Positions 39,981 through 48,991 are shown, counted from the stretch's first letter. The stretch is 48,991 nt of DNA from Bacteroidota bacterium (GCA_037446375.1 JBBIIS010000005.1:1-48991), one strand, 5' to 3'. Notes: generated by a model from the letters alone, not told the origin. Numbers and translations are program-made.

Positions 39981-40664
39981 TTAAGATATAAGCCTTGCAA
40001 TGAAAAATGCCGCACCTGCAGCAAGCACACCGGTAATTACTGTTTTCAGTCCTCCTGCGAAGGGCCCGTTTCCTGTTAATTTTGTTTTAATGTACCCAAA
40101 AATGAAAAGGAACAGAATTGTTACGGCAGATGAAATAATGAGTCCCTCCCGGGGAGTTTTTGTAATAAAGTATCCCGTAAGCGGAACAATTCCTCCGATA
40201 ATGTACGAAAGGCCTATATTGAAGGCACTTTTTGACGCTCTTTTCTCATCAGGTTTTTCCATCCCAAGTTCAAACCTCATCATGAATTCAACCCATTTGT
40301 CTTTATTCCTGCTGAGTTCCAGTGAAATCTCGTCCTGCAACCCCGGGCTGAGGCCATACTGCTCAAAAACATCTTTCACCTCCTGTATCTCCCTGTCGGG
40401 AACAGTTTCAACCTCATCATATTCGCGCTTCAGTTCCGAATCATAATGATCAACTTCTGTCCTGCCGGCAAGATATCCGCCCAAACCCATTGCGATTGAT
40501 CCGGCAACAATCTCAGCCATGCCAGCGGTGATCACAATGCCGTTGCTTGAAACAGCGCCGCTTAATCCGGCGGCAAGGGCAAACGGAACTGTCAGTCCAT
40601 CCGACATCCCGATGACAATATCTTTCACAAGATCGGAAGCTGTAAAATGCTTTTCAGTATGCAT
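39981..40664 (-). CDS. VIT1/CCC1-family iron/manganese transporter
   Basis: VIGMSDGLTVPFALAAGLSGA block, an acidic cytoplasmic helix bundle (EYDEVETVPDREIQEVKD) and C-terminal TM segments. 227 aa. Confidence 0.85.
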   Translation of the reverse strand: MHTEKHFTASDLVKDIVIGMSDGLTVPFALAAGLSGAVSSNGIVITAGMAEIVAGSIAMGLGGYLAGRTEVDHYDSELKREYDEVETVPDREIQEVKDVFEQYGLSPGLQDEISLELSRNKDKWVEFMMRFELGMEKPDEKRASKSAFNIGLSYIIGGIVPLTGYFITKTPREGLIISSAVTILFLFIFGYIKTKLTGNGPFAGGLKTVITGVLAAGAAFFIARLIS

Positions 40665-40845
40665 AATGATATTTCTGCTAATTTGTTTATCGGCTAATCC
40701 TTCTCTGCTAACCCGAAATTAGGAATATTTATCGTATAAGCATAATTGAACAAATATCAAATTCTTTTGTTTCAAAAATATAAATATCTAAATTAACCTT
40801 TGGTCCTGAATTATATTAAGACCATTAAACCAAAATCTCGTAAAT

Positions 40846-41712
40846 ATGAAAAAGACAGTTTTTTTCTTACTTTCAATGATCACGATGACAGGTTCAGTCC
40901 TCGCACAAGGATTCTATATCAGAGCCGGCGGAACATACGGGCTCCCGGTCGGAACATCAGTTATTGGTAACCAGTCAACCTCCACCATTGATTATTCCGG
41001 AGGAAATGCAAATTCCGGATCTACTAAGGCAGTTTCAGCATCGTATGGGGCAGGGCCGAATTTCTCTGTTGCAATAGGGTACAAATTCAATCAGAATTTC
41101 ATGTTCGATCTGGGGGGTCAGTACCTTATGGGCAATAAGTACAAGACCTCTTCCTATACAAAATATAAATACTCAACCTATTCATCCACCGATAGTGATT
41201 TCCTGGATACTCAAGCCAGGGGATTTTTCCTGAATCCATCCTTTGTCTTTTCAGCAGGGTTTGGCAAGGCAGCACCTTATGGCAGGTTCGGACTTGTTGT
41301 AGGAATCCCTCAATTGACCAAAAATGAATCATATTTTAATAATGGCGACGGGACTATCAGGTATGATAAAAGCTGGGTCTATAAGAAAGGATTAGCCTTT
41401 GGTTATCAGGCAGCTATCGGGATGAACTGGAAATTATCAGAGAAACTTGACATTTATACTGAACTGAATATTCTCAATCTGACATGGTACCCGGCACAGT
41501 CAGATCTGACAAAGTACATCAATAGTGGTCAAGATGTTCTTGCTAATCAGTCAGTTTCACAGAAACAGACAAATTATGACAAAAGTTATGATCCAACCGC
41601 TTCTCAGGATCCTACCAAACCTTCCACTCAGCTCAGAGAATCAATGCCATTCTCAGCTATTTCAGCTAATGTGGGCATAAGATTTACCATGTTCCAGAAA
41701 AAAGATGAATAA
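40846..41712 (+). CDS. Outer-membrane beta-barrel protein (uncharacterised)
   Basis: Signal MKKTVFFLLSMITMTGSVLAQ. Alternating beta-strand pattern rich in G/Y/S/T. Ends in an aromatic-rich terminal strand (IRFTMF), followed by a strong terminator. Confidence 0.55.
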   Translation: MKKTVFFLLSMITMTGSVLAQGFYIRAGGTYGLPVGTSVIGNQSTSTIDYSGGNANSGSTKAVSASYGAGPNFSVAIGYKFNQNFMFDLGGQYLMGNKYKTSSYTKYKYSTYSSTDSDFLDTQARGFFLNPSFVFSAGFGKAAPYGRFGLVVGIPQLTKNESYFNNGDGTIRYDKSWVYKKGLAFGYQAAIGMNWKLSEKLDIYTELNILNLTWYPAQSDLTKYINSGQDVLANQSVSQKQTNYDKSYDPTASQDPTKPSTQLRESMPFSAISANVGIRFTMFQKKDE

Positions 41713-41736
41713 TATCTGATCTTAATTAATATTTAT

Positions 41737-41775
41737 GAACCCTGCCGGATGCTTTTCAGCAGGGTTCTTTATTTA
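41737..41775 (+). terminator. Rho-independent terminator
   Basis: Perfect 9-bp stem GAACCCTGC (41737-41745) / GCAGGGTTC (41759-41767) with a 13-nt loop, followed by TTTATTTA. Confidence 0.8.
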
Positions 41776-41833
41776 TGCTTTGATGTTCACATCCTATTTG
41801 ATAAATTTGTCTGAACAAATCCCATTCCGTAAT

Positions 41834-42685
41834 ATGAAAAAGTTAATTACATCAACGTTCCTCCTTGCTGGGTTCTTTCTATTCTGCCGTGCACAGGAAG
41901 CTCCCCTTAGGATAATAGTATTCGGAGCACATCCCGACGATTGTGATGAGACATTCGGCGGAACTGCTCTCCTGTTTGAAAAGCTTGGATACAAAGTCAA
42001 GTTTGTCTCTCTTACAAACGGTGATGCAGGGCATGAATCAATGGGTGGAGGCGCACTTGCAAAAATCAGGATGAAGGAAGCAGCCGAAGCCGGTAAGCGC
42101 TTCGGTGTCGAGTACGACGTAATGGACAATCACGATGGTGAGCTGATGCCTACACTTGAAAACAGGCTGAAGGTCATCAGGGAGATCAGGAACTGGAAAG
42201 CCGATTTGGTTATTTGTCCTCCTCCCGACGACTACCATCCCGACCATCGCTATACAAGCATACTGGTTCAGGACGCATCATATATGGTTATTGTACCAAA
42301 TGTGGCTCCCGATACGCCTCCGCTGAAGAAGAATCCGGTTTTCCTATATCCCGGCTTTTCAGCACCGGAGATCGCTGTTGACATTGACGCAGTTTTTGAT
42401 CAGAAAGTTTATGCAATGTCGGCTCACGAATCGCAGTTCTTTGACTGGCTTCCCTGGACACGGGGCGAGCTTGATAAGGTCCCGCAGGGTAAAGAGGAAC
42501 GTCTTAAGTTCCTGGCGAACGAGATAGAACCTGCAAATCAGGTAGAAAAGGACTGCCTTGTAAAATGCTATGGCGAAGACCGCGGGAAGAAAGTAATTCA
42601 TGCCGAAACATTCAGACGCACTCCTTATGGAAGACACATCACTTCTGAGGAACTGATGAAGATATTCCCGATGTTCAGGAAATAA
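41834..42685 (+). CDS. PIG-L/LmbE-family N-acetylglucosaminyl deacetylase with a signal peptide
   Basis: The ATG at 41834 gives MKKLITSTFLLAGFFLFCRAQ. Zinc-binding block FGAHPDDCD and later H-containing blocks (GDAGH, HPDH). The longer track ORF would read through the terminator. Confidence 0.8.
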   Translation: MKKLITSTFLLAGFFLFCRAQEAPLRIIVFGAHPDDCDETFGGTALLFEKLGYKVKFVSLTNGDAGHESMGGGALAKIRMKEAAEAGKRFGVEYDVMDNHDGELMPTLENRLKVIREIRNWKADLVICPPPDDYHPDHRYTSILVQDASYMVIVPNVAPDTPPLKKNPVFLYPGFSAPEIAVDIDAVFDQKVYAMSAHESQFFDWLPWTRGELDKVPQGKEERLKFLANEIEPANQVEKDCLVKCYGEDRGKKVIHAETFRRTPYGRHITSEELMKIFPMFRK

Positions 42686-43931
42686 CAGGTTTTATCCTGA
42701 ACCATAGCAGCCCGCCTGCAACAGCTATGACAGCCGCAACATGAAGGGCATTTTCCCATCCGATCCAGCTTGCAATCAGAGGGGTCAGAGCAGGGGAAAT
42801 CAGTCCGCCAATGTTACTGCCCATATTCATTATACCTCCTGCAGTTCCACTCCTTTCACCTGCTATCCGCATCATCATTGTCCAGAATGGTCCCTCGACA
42901 CTAAGGATAAGGGCCGTGGCAAATGCAAGCGAAAGAGCTGCCATTACAGCATTACCCGTATGAGCTCCGATTGAAATCAGGATTCCCGAACCCACCATAC
43001 CAAAGATCGGTATTATCCTTCGTCCCCGTACTTCGCCTGGTTTCCCTGCTACAAGACGGTCAGATATATATCCGCCTAGCGGGATAGAAATTATTGAAAG
43101 CACCCAGGGAAGACTGCTCATCCATGCTCCGCTCAGCAGCCCGAAATGTCTCTCCTGTACAAGATAAAGGTAGAACCATGAAACAAAGATATATCCGACA
43201 TAACCCTGCAGGGTATAGCTGATTGTAAGCAGAATGAATGCAGGTGATTTCAGCTTACCCGTCCCATTCTTCACATTGCTTCCCTCTGCAGCCGTTAAAG
43301 CCTCTGAAGTCTCTGAAGCCTTCTTCTCTTCGTATATCCTCTTTGGCTCTCTGATCCTCAGCCAGATAAGAGCAATAATAAGAGCGGGAAGCGCCGATAC
43401 AACCAGGGCCGGCCTCCAGCCCCAATGCACCATGACATTTGAAACAAGCGGAGGTGCAATTGCCGATCCCAATCCGATGGATGCTATTACTATACCGTTA
43501 GCCCTTCCCTGCTGTTGTGGCAAAACCCATTTCGATACTCCCTGGGCAGCCCCGGGATACGCAGGTGATGCAGTTATGCCAAGGATAAAACGGATCACCA
43601 TAAACAATATAACGGAAGCTGCTGCTGTTGCCTGGAAAACTCCCCATCCGACAATTGACTGAAGCACTGTAAATATAACCCAGAACCAAGCAGCTATCGT
43701 GAGAACACGCCTTGCACCCCATCTTTCAGCCAGGGCTCCCGACGGTATCTGGAAGAGTGCGTAACCAAGCAGGAAGGCACTGAATATCTTTCCCATTGCC
43801 ACTTGTGAAAGACCAAATTCCTTCATCAGAAGAGGAGCTGCAGTCGAAACATTGACCCGTGCAATGTAACCTGCTGTGGCAGTTGCACTTAACATTATAA
43901 CTATCCGCCATAATTTTCTGCTGCCGCTCAT
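42675..43931 (-). CDS. MFS transporter (anion:cation symporter-like)
   Basis: 418 aa, 12 predicted TM segments. Motif G.LAERWGARRVL after TM2. The start overlaps the upstream GNAT stop (ATGA). Confidence 0.8.
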   Translation of the reverse strand: MSGSRKLWRIVIMLSATATAGYIARVNVSTAAPLLMKEFGLSQVAMGKIFSAFLLGYALFQIPSGALAERWGARRVLTIAAWFWVIFTVLQSIVGWGVFQATAAASVILFMVIRFILGITASPAYPGAAQGVSKWVLPQQQGRANGIVIASIGLGSAIAPPLVSNVMVHWGWRPALVVSALPALIIALIWLRIREPKRIYEEKKASETSEALTAAEGSNVKNGTGKLKSPAFILLTISYTLQGYVGYIFVSWFYLYLVQERHFGLLSGAWMSSLPWVLSIISIPLGGYISDRLVAGKPGEVRGRRIIPIFGMVGSGILISIGAHTGNAVMAALSLAFATALILSVEGPFWTMMMRIAGERSGTAGGIMNMGSNIGGLISPALTPLIASWIGWENALHVAAVIAVAGGLLWFRIKPVIS

Positions 43932-44383
43932 CTTATTCTTTTATGAAGAAGGATCTCAGATTGTCCTTCAAGTATATAATCAACAAATTCTCCGACTTTT
44001 TTATATCCAAGATTTTCGTAAAGTGACCTTGCTCTGGGATTGAAAGAGGAGACACACATAAAAAAATGTTTTGAAGTCGTTCTGAAGTACTCTTCAGCGT
44101 AGCCGAGTAATTCCCTTCCGATTCCCATACTTCTGAAATTACTTCCAACAACTATCGATTTCAGGTAAGGGGAGCTTGCAAGCCCTCTTGGATGTATCAC
44201 CATTGCACCACATATCTCCGACCCTGACCGGGCTACAAGAACCAGATATTCCCGGTCGAGACAAAATTTAAGACAGCTATCAAGAGTCGTCCCGAGTGTT
44301 ATCCATGGTTCCGAGGTGGCTATCATTCCTGCAGTAATGTAGCGTTCCTCATCGGTGGCCTCTGAAATAGTTAAATGTTGCAT
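43928..44383 (-). CDS. GNAT-family N-acetyltransferase
   Basis: 151 aa. Acetyl-CoA binding block VVGSNFRSMGIGRELL (Q/R-x-x-G-x-G/A) and C-terminal YENLGYKKVGE. Confidence 0.8.
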   Translation of the reverse strand: MQHLTISEATDEERYITAGMIATSEPWITLGTTLDSCLKFCLDREYLVLVARSGSEICGAMVIHPRGLASSPYLKSIVVGSNFRSMGIGRELLGYAEEYFRTTSKHFFMCVSSFNPRARSLYENLGYKKVGEFVDYILEGQSEILLHKRIR

Positions 44384-44600
44384 GCGCTCTTTAGTTAATG
44401 ATTGAGTCTCATCTGCCGATCTCGTTTGCGATAAAATTAAACTTTATTCCAATGGAAAATTCAATCAATCTCAATTTTAAGGAATAATCAGTGAACTATG
44501 ATTGTCTATTTATTAAAACTAATCTGTAATTTCGGACCGTTTTAATGCATCTTCTTTCTGATGTGCTGTCAGGAAGAATTAGAAATAAGACTATTTAGGA

Positions 44601-45917
44601 ATGAAAAGATCGCTTATTATACCGGGCTTGGTAGTAGTGGCTGCAATTGCGGCATTGCTCGTATTTAACAGGATGGCATCCACAAAGAAGAATGTCAAAA
44701 TGTTCACTCAGGCTTCCTCCGGGAATTTTGAGATCACAGTTGCAGGAGCCGGTGAGCTTGTCCCCGAAAAGTCAATCGATATAAAAGGTCCTGTTCTTAA
44801 CACCTCTCCGCAAGGTGGCGGAAGAGGAATGGATATGCGCTTCATGGACCTCAAGATACAAGACCTTGTTCCAGAAGGAACTCTTGTAAGTGAGGGAGAT
44901 TATGTTGCCCAGCTCGACAGAACAAACTACGATAACACATTAAAGGATGAGTTACAGAATCTCACTACACTAAATGCCAGTCTGGAGCTGAAAACTCTTG
45001 ATACAACCGTTACCCTTACGGCGCTTAGAGACGATATCAAGAATCAGACCTATGCCGTAGAGGAGGCCAAAATCGTCCTTGATCAGTCTAAATTTGAGCC
45101 CCCTGCCACAATACACAAGGCAGAACTTGACCTCGACAGACAGAAACGTGCGCTTGAACAGCTTAAGAAATCCTATGGCCTTAAGGCTGCACAGACACTT
45201 GTCGATATCAATACTGTTAAGCTAAGCGTGACAAGGAAGGCAAAACTGGTACAAGACCTTCAGGATTACCTTGCCGGCTTTACTATCAAGGCTCCATCAT
45301 CCGGTATGGTGATCTACAAAAAGAATCAGCTGGGGACAAAAACAAAGGCGGGGTCCTCAATTAATTTCTTCGACATGACAGTCGCCACTCTTCCCGATCT
45401 TACAGTTATGCTATCGAAAATATATGTAAGTGAAGTGGAAGTTGCTGATGTGAAACCAGGACAGAGAGCAGATATATCGATTGACGCTCTTCCGGGCAGA
45501 ACTTATAAGGGGGTGGTTTTAAGCATCGCTAACGTAGGTGAACAATTGCCAAATTCCGATGCTAAAATGTTTGAGACCCTTATCAAGATCGATGGCACTG
45601 ACCCCGATTTAAGGCCTGCAATGACAACAAGCAATAAGATCACCCTGAAGACCCTGGGCAACGCTGTATTCATCCCTACTGAGTGCATTCAGGCCGGACC
45701 AGATAGCATTCCTTTTGTTTATATGAAAAATAAGACAAAGCATATTGTCCTTCTCGGAGACTCAAATGAGAAATATACGATTGTTGAAAAGGGGATCGAA
45801 CCGGGAGCATCGATCTATCTCATGCCGCCTGAGGAGCCTGAAGGATTCAAAACAATGGGTAAAGAGCTGATCCCTCTGATAAGGCAGAAAGAAATGACTG
45901 CAGTTTCAACAAGGTAA
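44601..45917 (+). CDS. HlyD/MacA-type membrane-fusion (periplasmic adaptor) protein
   Basis: N-terminal TM anchor, a long coiled-coil segment (residues ~110-220), and a beta-barrel block (FTIKAPSSGMVIY, VSEVEVADVKPGQRADISIDALPG). Confidence 0.75.
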   Translation: MKRSLIIPGLVVVAAIAALLVFNRMASTKKNVKMFTQASSGNFEITVAGAGELVPEKSIDIKGPVLNTSPQGGGRGMDMRFMDLKIQDLVPEGTLVSEGDYVAQLDRTNYDNTLKDELQNLTTLNASLELKTLDTTVTLTALRDDIKNQTYAVEEAKIVLDQSKFEPPATIHKAELDLDRQKRALEQLKKSYGLKAAQTLVDINTVKLSVTRKAKLVQDLQDYLAGFTIKAPSSGMVIYKKNQLGTKTKAGSSINFFDMTVATLPDLTVMLSKIYVSEVEVADVKPGQRADISIDALPGRTYKGVVLSIANVGEQLPNSDAKMFETLIKIDGTDPDLRPAMTTSNKITLKTLGNAVFIPTECIQAGPDSIPFVYMKNKTKHIVLLGDSNEKYTIVEKGIEPGASIYLMPPEEPEGFKTMGKELIPLIRQKEMTAVSTR

Positions 45918-46136
45918 ATCCTCCTGCCGGCAAGCTTCTCATTCCACGCAGGGGACGGGAGTCATGCTGAAGCGACCGCATGGAACCATGTCCAGCAAAG
46001 TGGGAAGAGCTTAATGAAGTTACTTTATGATCAATAATTTTACGACTATTTTTAATTGCCGGTGTACATATTATTTTATTATTTTTAAGTTTACGGTGTA
46101 ATGCAGCCGCGATAAGTTTAATAACCTCTCAATAAT

Positions 46137-46940
46137 ATGGATCAGACGGGAATGCCCAGGAATATCTTCAAATATCTCTATTACAGGGCCACCGCCATCA
46201 TGCACTACCTGCTCCAGATCGCTTTTCCGCCAACGATAGACAATTATAAGAAGATCCCTATAATTATAAATAACTTCAACAGGGCAGGCTACCTTAAAAA
46301 GCTTATTGACAGTCTCGAAAAAAGAGGATATACAAATATCCATATTATTGATAACTGTTCCTCTTACCCTCCACTGCTTGAGTTTTATGAAACATGCAGA
46401 TATAATATTTTCAGGCTTGAAAAAAACCTTGGCGCATATGCCCTATGGAAATCTGGGCTTATAAGGAAATTCAACAAAGACTTTTTCGTTTATACCGATT
46501 CTGATGTTGAGCCAATCGAGGAGTGCCCCGATGATTTCCTGCAATTCTTCCTCGAAACGTTGAAAAGGCATAAGTATGCCAGCAAAGTGGGTTTCTCACT
46601 TAAGATAGATGATATCCCCGATTGTTTCAAGCCGAAGAAAGCAGTTATTGATCATGAACAGACTTTCTCCCGCTTCTATCTGCCTGAAGAATCGGTATAT
46701 ATTGCTCCCATCGACACGACTTTTGCATTATACCGACCCAGATCTTCCTGGAAGCATGCAAATTACAATATAGAGATATATAGAACAGCCTATCCGTATA
46801 TGGCAAGGCATCTTCCATGGTACCTCGATAGCTCAAAACCTGATGAAGAGACAATCTATTATCTTGAAACTGCAAACAAGACAGCAACCTGGATCAGGAA
46901 AGACAAGGTTCTTGCGGAGATCCGTGACAGGAGAAATTAG
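46137..46940 (+). CDS. Glycosyltransferase family 2-like protein
   Basis: IPIIINNFNRAGYLKKLIDSL...IHIIDNCSSYPP (nucleotide-binding beta-alpha-beta) and a DxD-like motif in YTDSDVEP. The start codon is uncertain. Confidence 0.6.
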   Translation: MDQTGMPRNIFKYLYYRATAIMHYLLQIAFPPTIDNYKKIPIIINNFNRAGYLKKLIDSLEKRGYTNIHIIDNCSSYPPLLEFYETCRYNIFRLEKNLGAYALWKSGLIRKFNKDFFVYTDSDVEPIEECPDDFLQFFLETLKRHKYASKVGFSLKIDDIPDCFKPKKAVIDHEQTFSRFYLPEESVYIAPIDTTFALYRPRSSWKHANYNIEIYRTAYPYMARHLPWYLDSSKPDEETIYYLETANKTATWIRKDKVLAEIRDRRN

Positions 46941-46990
46941 TATATTTAATATGCCCGGTCATTACGTTTTCATTTCAAAATCAATAAGAC

Positions 46991-48544
46991 ATGAACAGTA
47001 TTTTTAAGAAGCTTATCTATTGGACCTCCAAAATAAAGAGAAGCACTCTTCTGAAGATCTCATTTATTGCAATGGGAGTCGCATCAACTGCATGGTTCAT
47101 TATAAGGGTTATCCCTAAACCATCAAGGGCTACTTATCCCTGTATGAAAGCAGCAGCACCGCTAATGTCAGGTTTTGTAATCTATTTACTTTCATTGACC
47201 GGCGCATTTGCAGCTTTCAGAAGAGCAAAGCTCAGCTTCAGCCGAATGAAATATATGTATGGCGGACTGTTTTTACTTGCAGGAGTTCTCTTTTCATTTG
47301 TTTTGATGACCGCAGGTGATGAGAAGGCAGAGGCAAAAAGTCCGCACCAATGGCTGGCCGTCCCGAATGTACCCGTTGGAATAGCAAAAGGGATCTTCCC
47401 CGGAAGAGTTGTATGGGTTCATGATCCGGCTGTAACTCAATGGGACGGTAAGAACGGAAACTGGTGGGATGAAAATGTTGTATCACAGAAAGAGGCTGAC
47501 AATATGCTAAACAGCTCACTTACTTCTCTTACCGGTGAGAGTTCTGAGAAAATGGCATGGATCGCCCTGTTTAAATACTTCAATGAAAAGCAGCACAGGA
47601 AGATTCTTACCTACAGGTCAGGCCAGAAGATAGCTGTTAAGATAAATGTGAACAATACATACAGCCACAAGGACTCGGAAGAGATAAATGCAACCCCCCA
47701 ACTGGTTCTTTCTTTAATAAGAAGTCTTGTAAGCGAAGCCGGCGTTCCCCAGAAAAATATTACAATATTCGATGCAAGCCGCCAGATAACAGATAACATT
47801 TTCAATAAATGTCACTCCGCGTTCCCAGATGTGATTTTTGTAGACAATATTGGCGGGGATGGCAGAGTTAAGTCCACATATGCCGATAATGCAATTCCTT
47901 ACTCAGCCGATAACGGGAAGCTGGCTACCGGACTGGCAACATGTGCCGTTGAGGCAGATTACCTGATTAACATGGCTCTTCTAAAAGGTCATGTGGGACA
48001 GGGGGTGACACTCTGTGCAAAAAACTGGTACGGAGTTACAAATATCGACAGAGACTGGCATAAAAATGCACATGATCATTTCAACCCTGAAAGGGATGGA
48101 AAACCAGGGTACCTTACATTTGTAGACTACATGGCTCATAAGGATCTCGGGAATAAGACAATGCTCTTCCTGATTGATGGAATCTATGGATGCAAGCTGG
48201 TAAATGGTGCGCCGGGGCCGAAATGGCAGATGGCTCCATTCAATAATAGCTGGGGCTGCACCCTTCTCTCATCGCAGGATCAGGTGGCAATAGATGCTGT
48301 CGGACTTGACTTCATAAGCTCTGAGTGGCCTGATGCTCCCGATATAGCATTCAGCGATATGTATCTTTATGAAGCTGCTATGGCTGATAACCCTCCATCA
48401 AAAACAAAATATGACCCGCAAAGAAACAATTTAAAAATTTCAAGCCTGGGTGTAATGGAGCATTGGAACAACCCTGCTGAAAAGAAATACAGCCGGAACC
48501 TTGGCAAAAAGGAGGGTATTGAACTTGTACAGAGATCGCTCTGA
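46991..48544 (+). CDS. Membrane-anchored DUF362-domain protein
   Basis: Three N-terminal hydrophobic segments. DUF362-like blocks follow: GQKIAVKINVNN, ITIFDASR, and INMALLKGHVGQGVTLCAKNWYG. Confidence 0.5.
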   Translation: MNSIFKKLIYWTSKIKRSTLLKISFIAMGVASTAWFIIRVIPKPSRATYPCMKAAAPLMSGFVIYLLSLTGAFAAFRRAKLSFSRMKYMYGGLFLLAGVLFSFVLMTAGDEKAEAKSPHQWLAVPNVPVGIAKGIFPGRVVWVHDPAVTQWDGKNGNWWDENVVSQKEADNMLNSSLTSLTGESSEKMAWIALFKYFNEKQHRKILTYRSGQKIAVKINVNNTYSHKDSEEINATPQLVLSLIRSLVSEAGVPQKNITIFDASRQITDNIFNKCHSAFPDVIFVDNIGGDGRVKSTYADNAIPYSADNGKLATGLATCAVEADYLINMALLKGHVGQGVTLCAKNWYGVTNIDRDWHKNAHDHFNPERDGKPGYLTFVDYMAHKDLGNKTMLFLIDGIYGCKLVNGAPGPKWQMAPFNNSWGCTLLSSQDQVAIDAVGLDFISSEWPDAPDIAFSDMYLYEAAMADNPPSKTKYDPQRNNLKISSLGVMEHWNNPAEKKYSRNLGKKEGIELVQRSL

Positions 48545-48597
48545 AACGGTAACGCTTATTATCAACGTAATAGCGGAACTCTTTTTACAGTTGCGGC

Positions 48598-48620
48598 AGT
48601 ATTGTCCATTCGACAATACT
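48598..48620 (+). terminator. Perfect 9-bp hairpin downstream of the DUF362 gene (possible terminator; weak T tract)
   Basis: AGTATTGTC (48598-48606), loop CATTC, GACAATACT (48612-48620). Only a short T-containing tail follows. Confidence 0.35.
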
Positions 48621-48712
48621 TCTGTCACTTTAGCGTTTAACCTGACACATAATCATCATTGAAATTTGTCAGACCGAAGATTTCAGATATCTTGCCAAAA
48701 TTATAGTTATTG

Positions 48713-48991
48713 ATGACTGAAATAATAATCACTGTAGCAATAGCTGGCCTGCTTGCAGGATTCATTTTTTCAATGCCAGTGGCGGGCCCGATAAGCATAC
48801 TTATCACTTCAAATGCTCTTAAGGGAAAGGTACGCTATTGCCACAGGGTTACGATCGGGGCTTCTTTTGCCGACTTTTTTTATGTATTTATTGCATTCTT
48901 TGGTCTCACAAAGCTTTACTCCCTCTATAAGCCTGCCCTGCCCTTTATCCTGGCAGCCGGTGCTTACTTTATAATCTTTACCGGTTTCAGG
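48713..48991 (+). CDS. LysE/RhtB-family amino-acid exporter, N-terminal part; the gene runs off the right edge
   Basis: The ATG at 48713 gives MTEIIITVAIAGLLAGFIFSMPVAGPISILITSNALKGK..., with the P-x-GP block typical of the LysE superfamily. The frame stays open to the window end. Confidence 0.5.
   Translation, partial: MTEIIITVAIAGLLAGFIFSMPVAGPISILITSNALKGKVRYCHRVTIGASFADFFYVFIAFFGLTKLYSLYKPALPFILAAGAYFIIFTGFR

Noticed and set aside
45785-45805. tRNA T-arm-like string GGGGATCGAACCGGGAGC
   Set aside because: It lies inside the adaptor coding frame (KGIEPGAS). No acceptor or anticodon stems can be drawn around it.

Overview
Chromosomal window of about 36 genes with no integrase, transposase, CRISPR array, tRNA or rRNA that I can see. 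Lipoprotein-type signal peptides, TAnnTTTG -7 boxes and mostly absent Shine-Dalgarno sites suggest a Bacteroidota/FCB-group organism. (1) Positions 1-15972 hold a 12-gene co-directional minus-strand cluster for arabinan/arabinoside breakdown and L-arabinose catabolism: SSS symporter, araA, NUDIX-type regulator, araD, araB, GH51, GH127, SGNH esterase, mutarotase, TAT-exported Gfo/Idh/MocA enzyme and GH3 (partial). (2) Next come housekeeping genes (acyltransferase, ppa) and a two-gene cation module: a soluble PRC-barrel/MgtE_N/CBS protein followed by an NRAMP-related transporter with a non-canonical metal site, behind a leader whose hairpin buries a strong SD. (3) An SRD5A-type reductase lies divergent from an alpha-oxoamine synthase (serine palmitoyltransferase-like) and an SDR. 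(4) The rest comprises a TolB-like secreted protein, GH116, GH172/DUF2961, YfcC, a TolC/adaptor/CzcA-type RND pump, an OprB-like porin, DUF2723, VIT1, an OM barrel, PIG-L, GNAT-MFS, an orphan HlyD-type adaptor, a GT2-like protein, DUF362 and LysE (partial). The least explained signal is a modular, hairpin-rich repeat family. It fills exactly the three long intercistronic spacers of the arabinose cluster (1907-2031, 9288-9365, 11086-11175), with modules shuffled and inverted between copies. All family calls come from motif recognition by eye; no searches were run.
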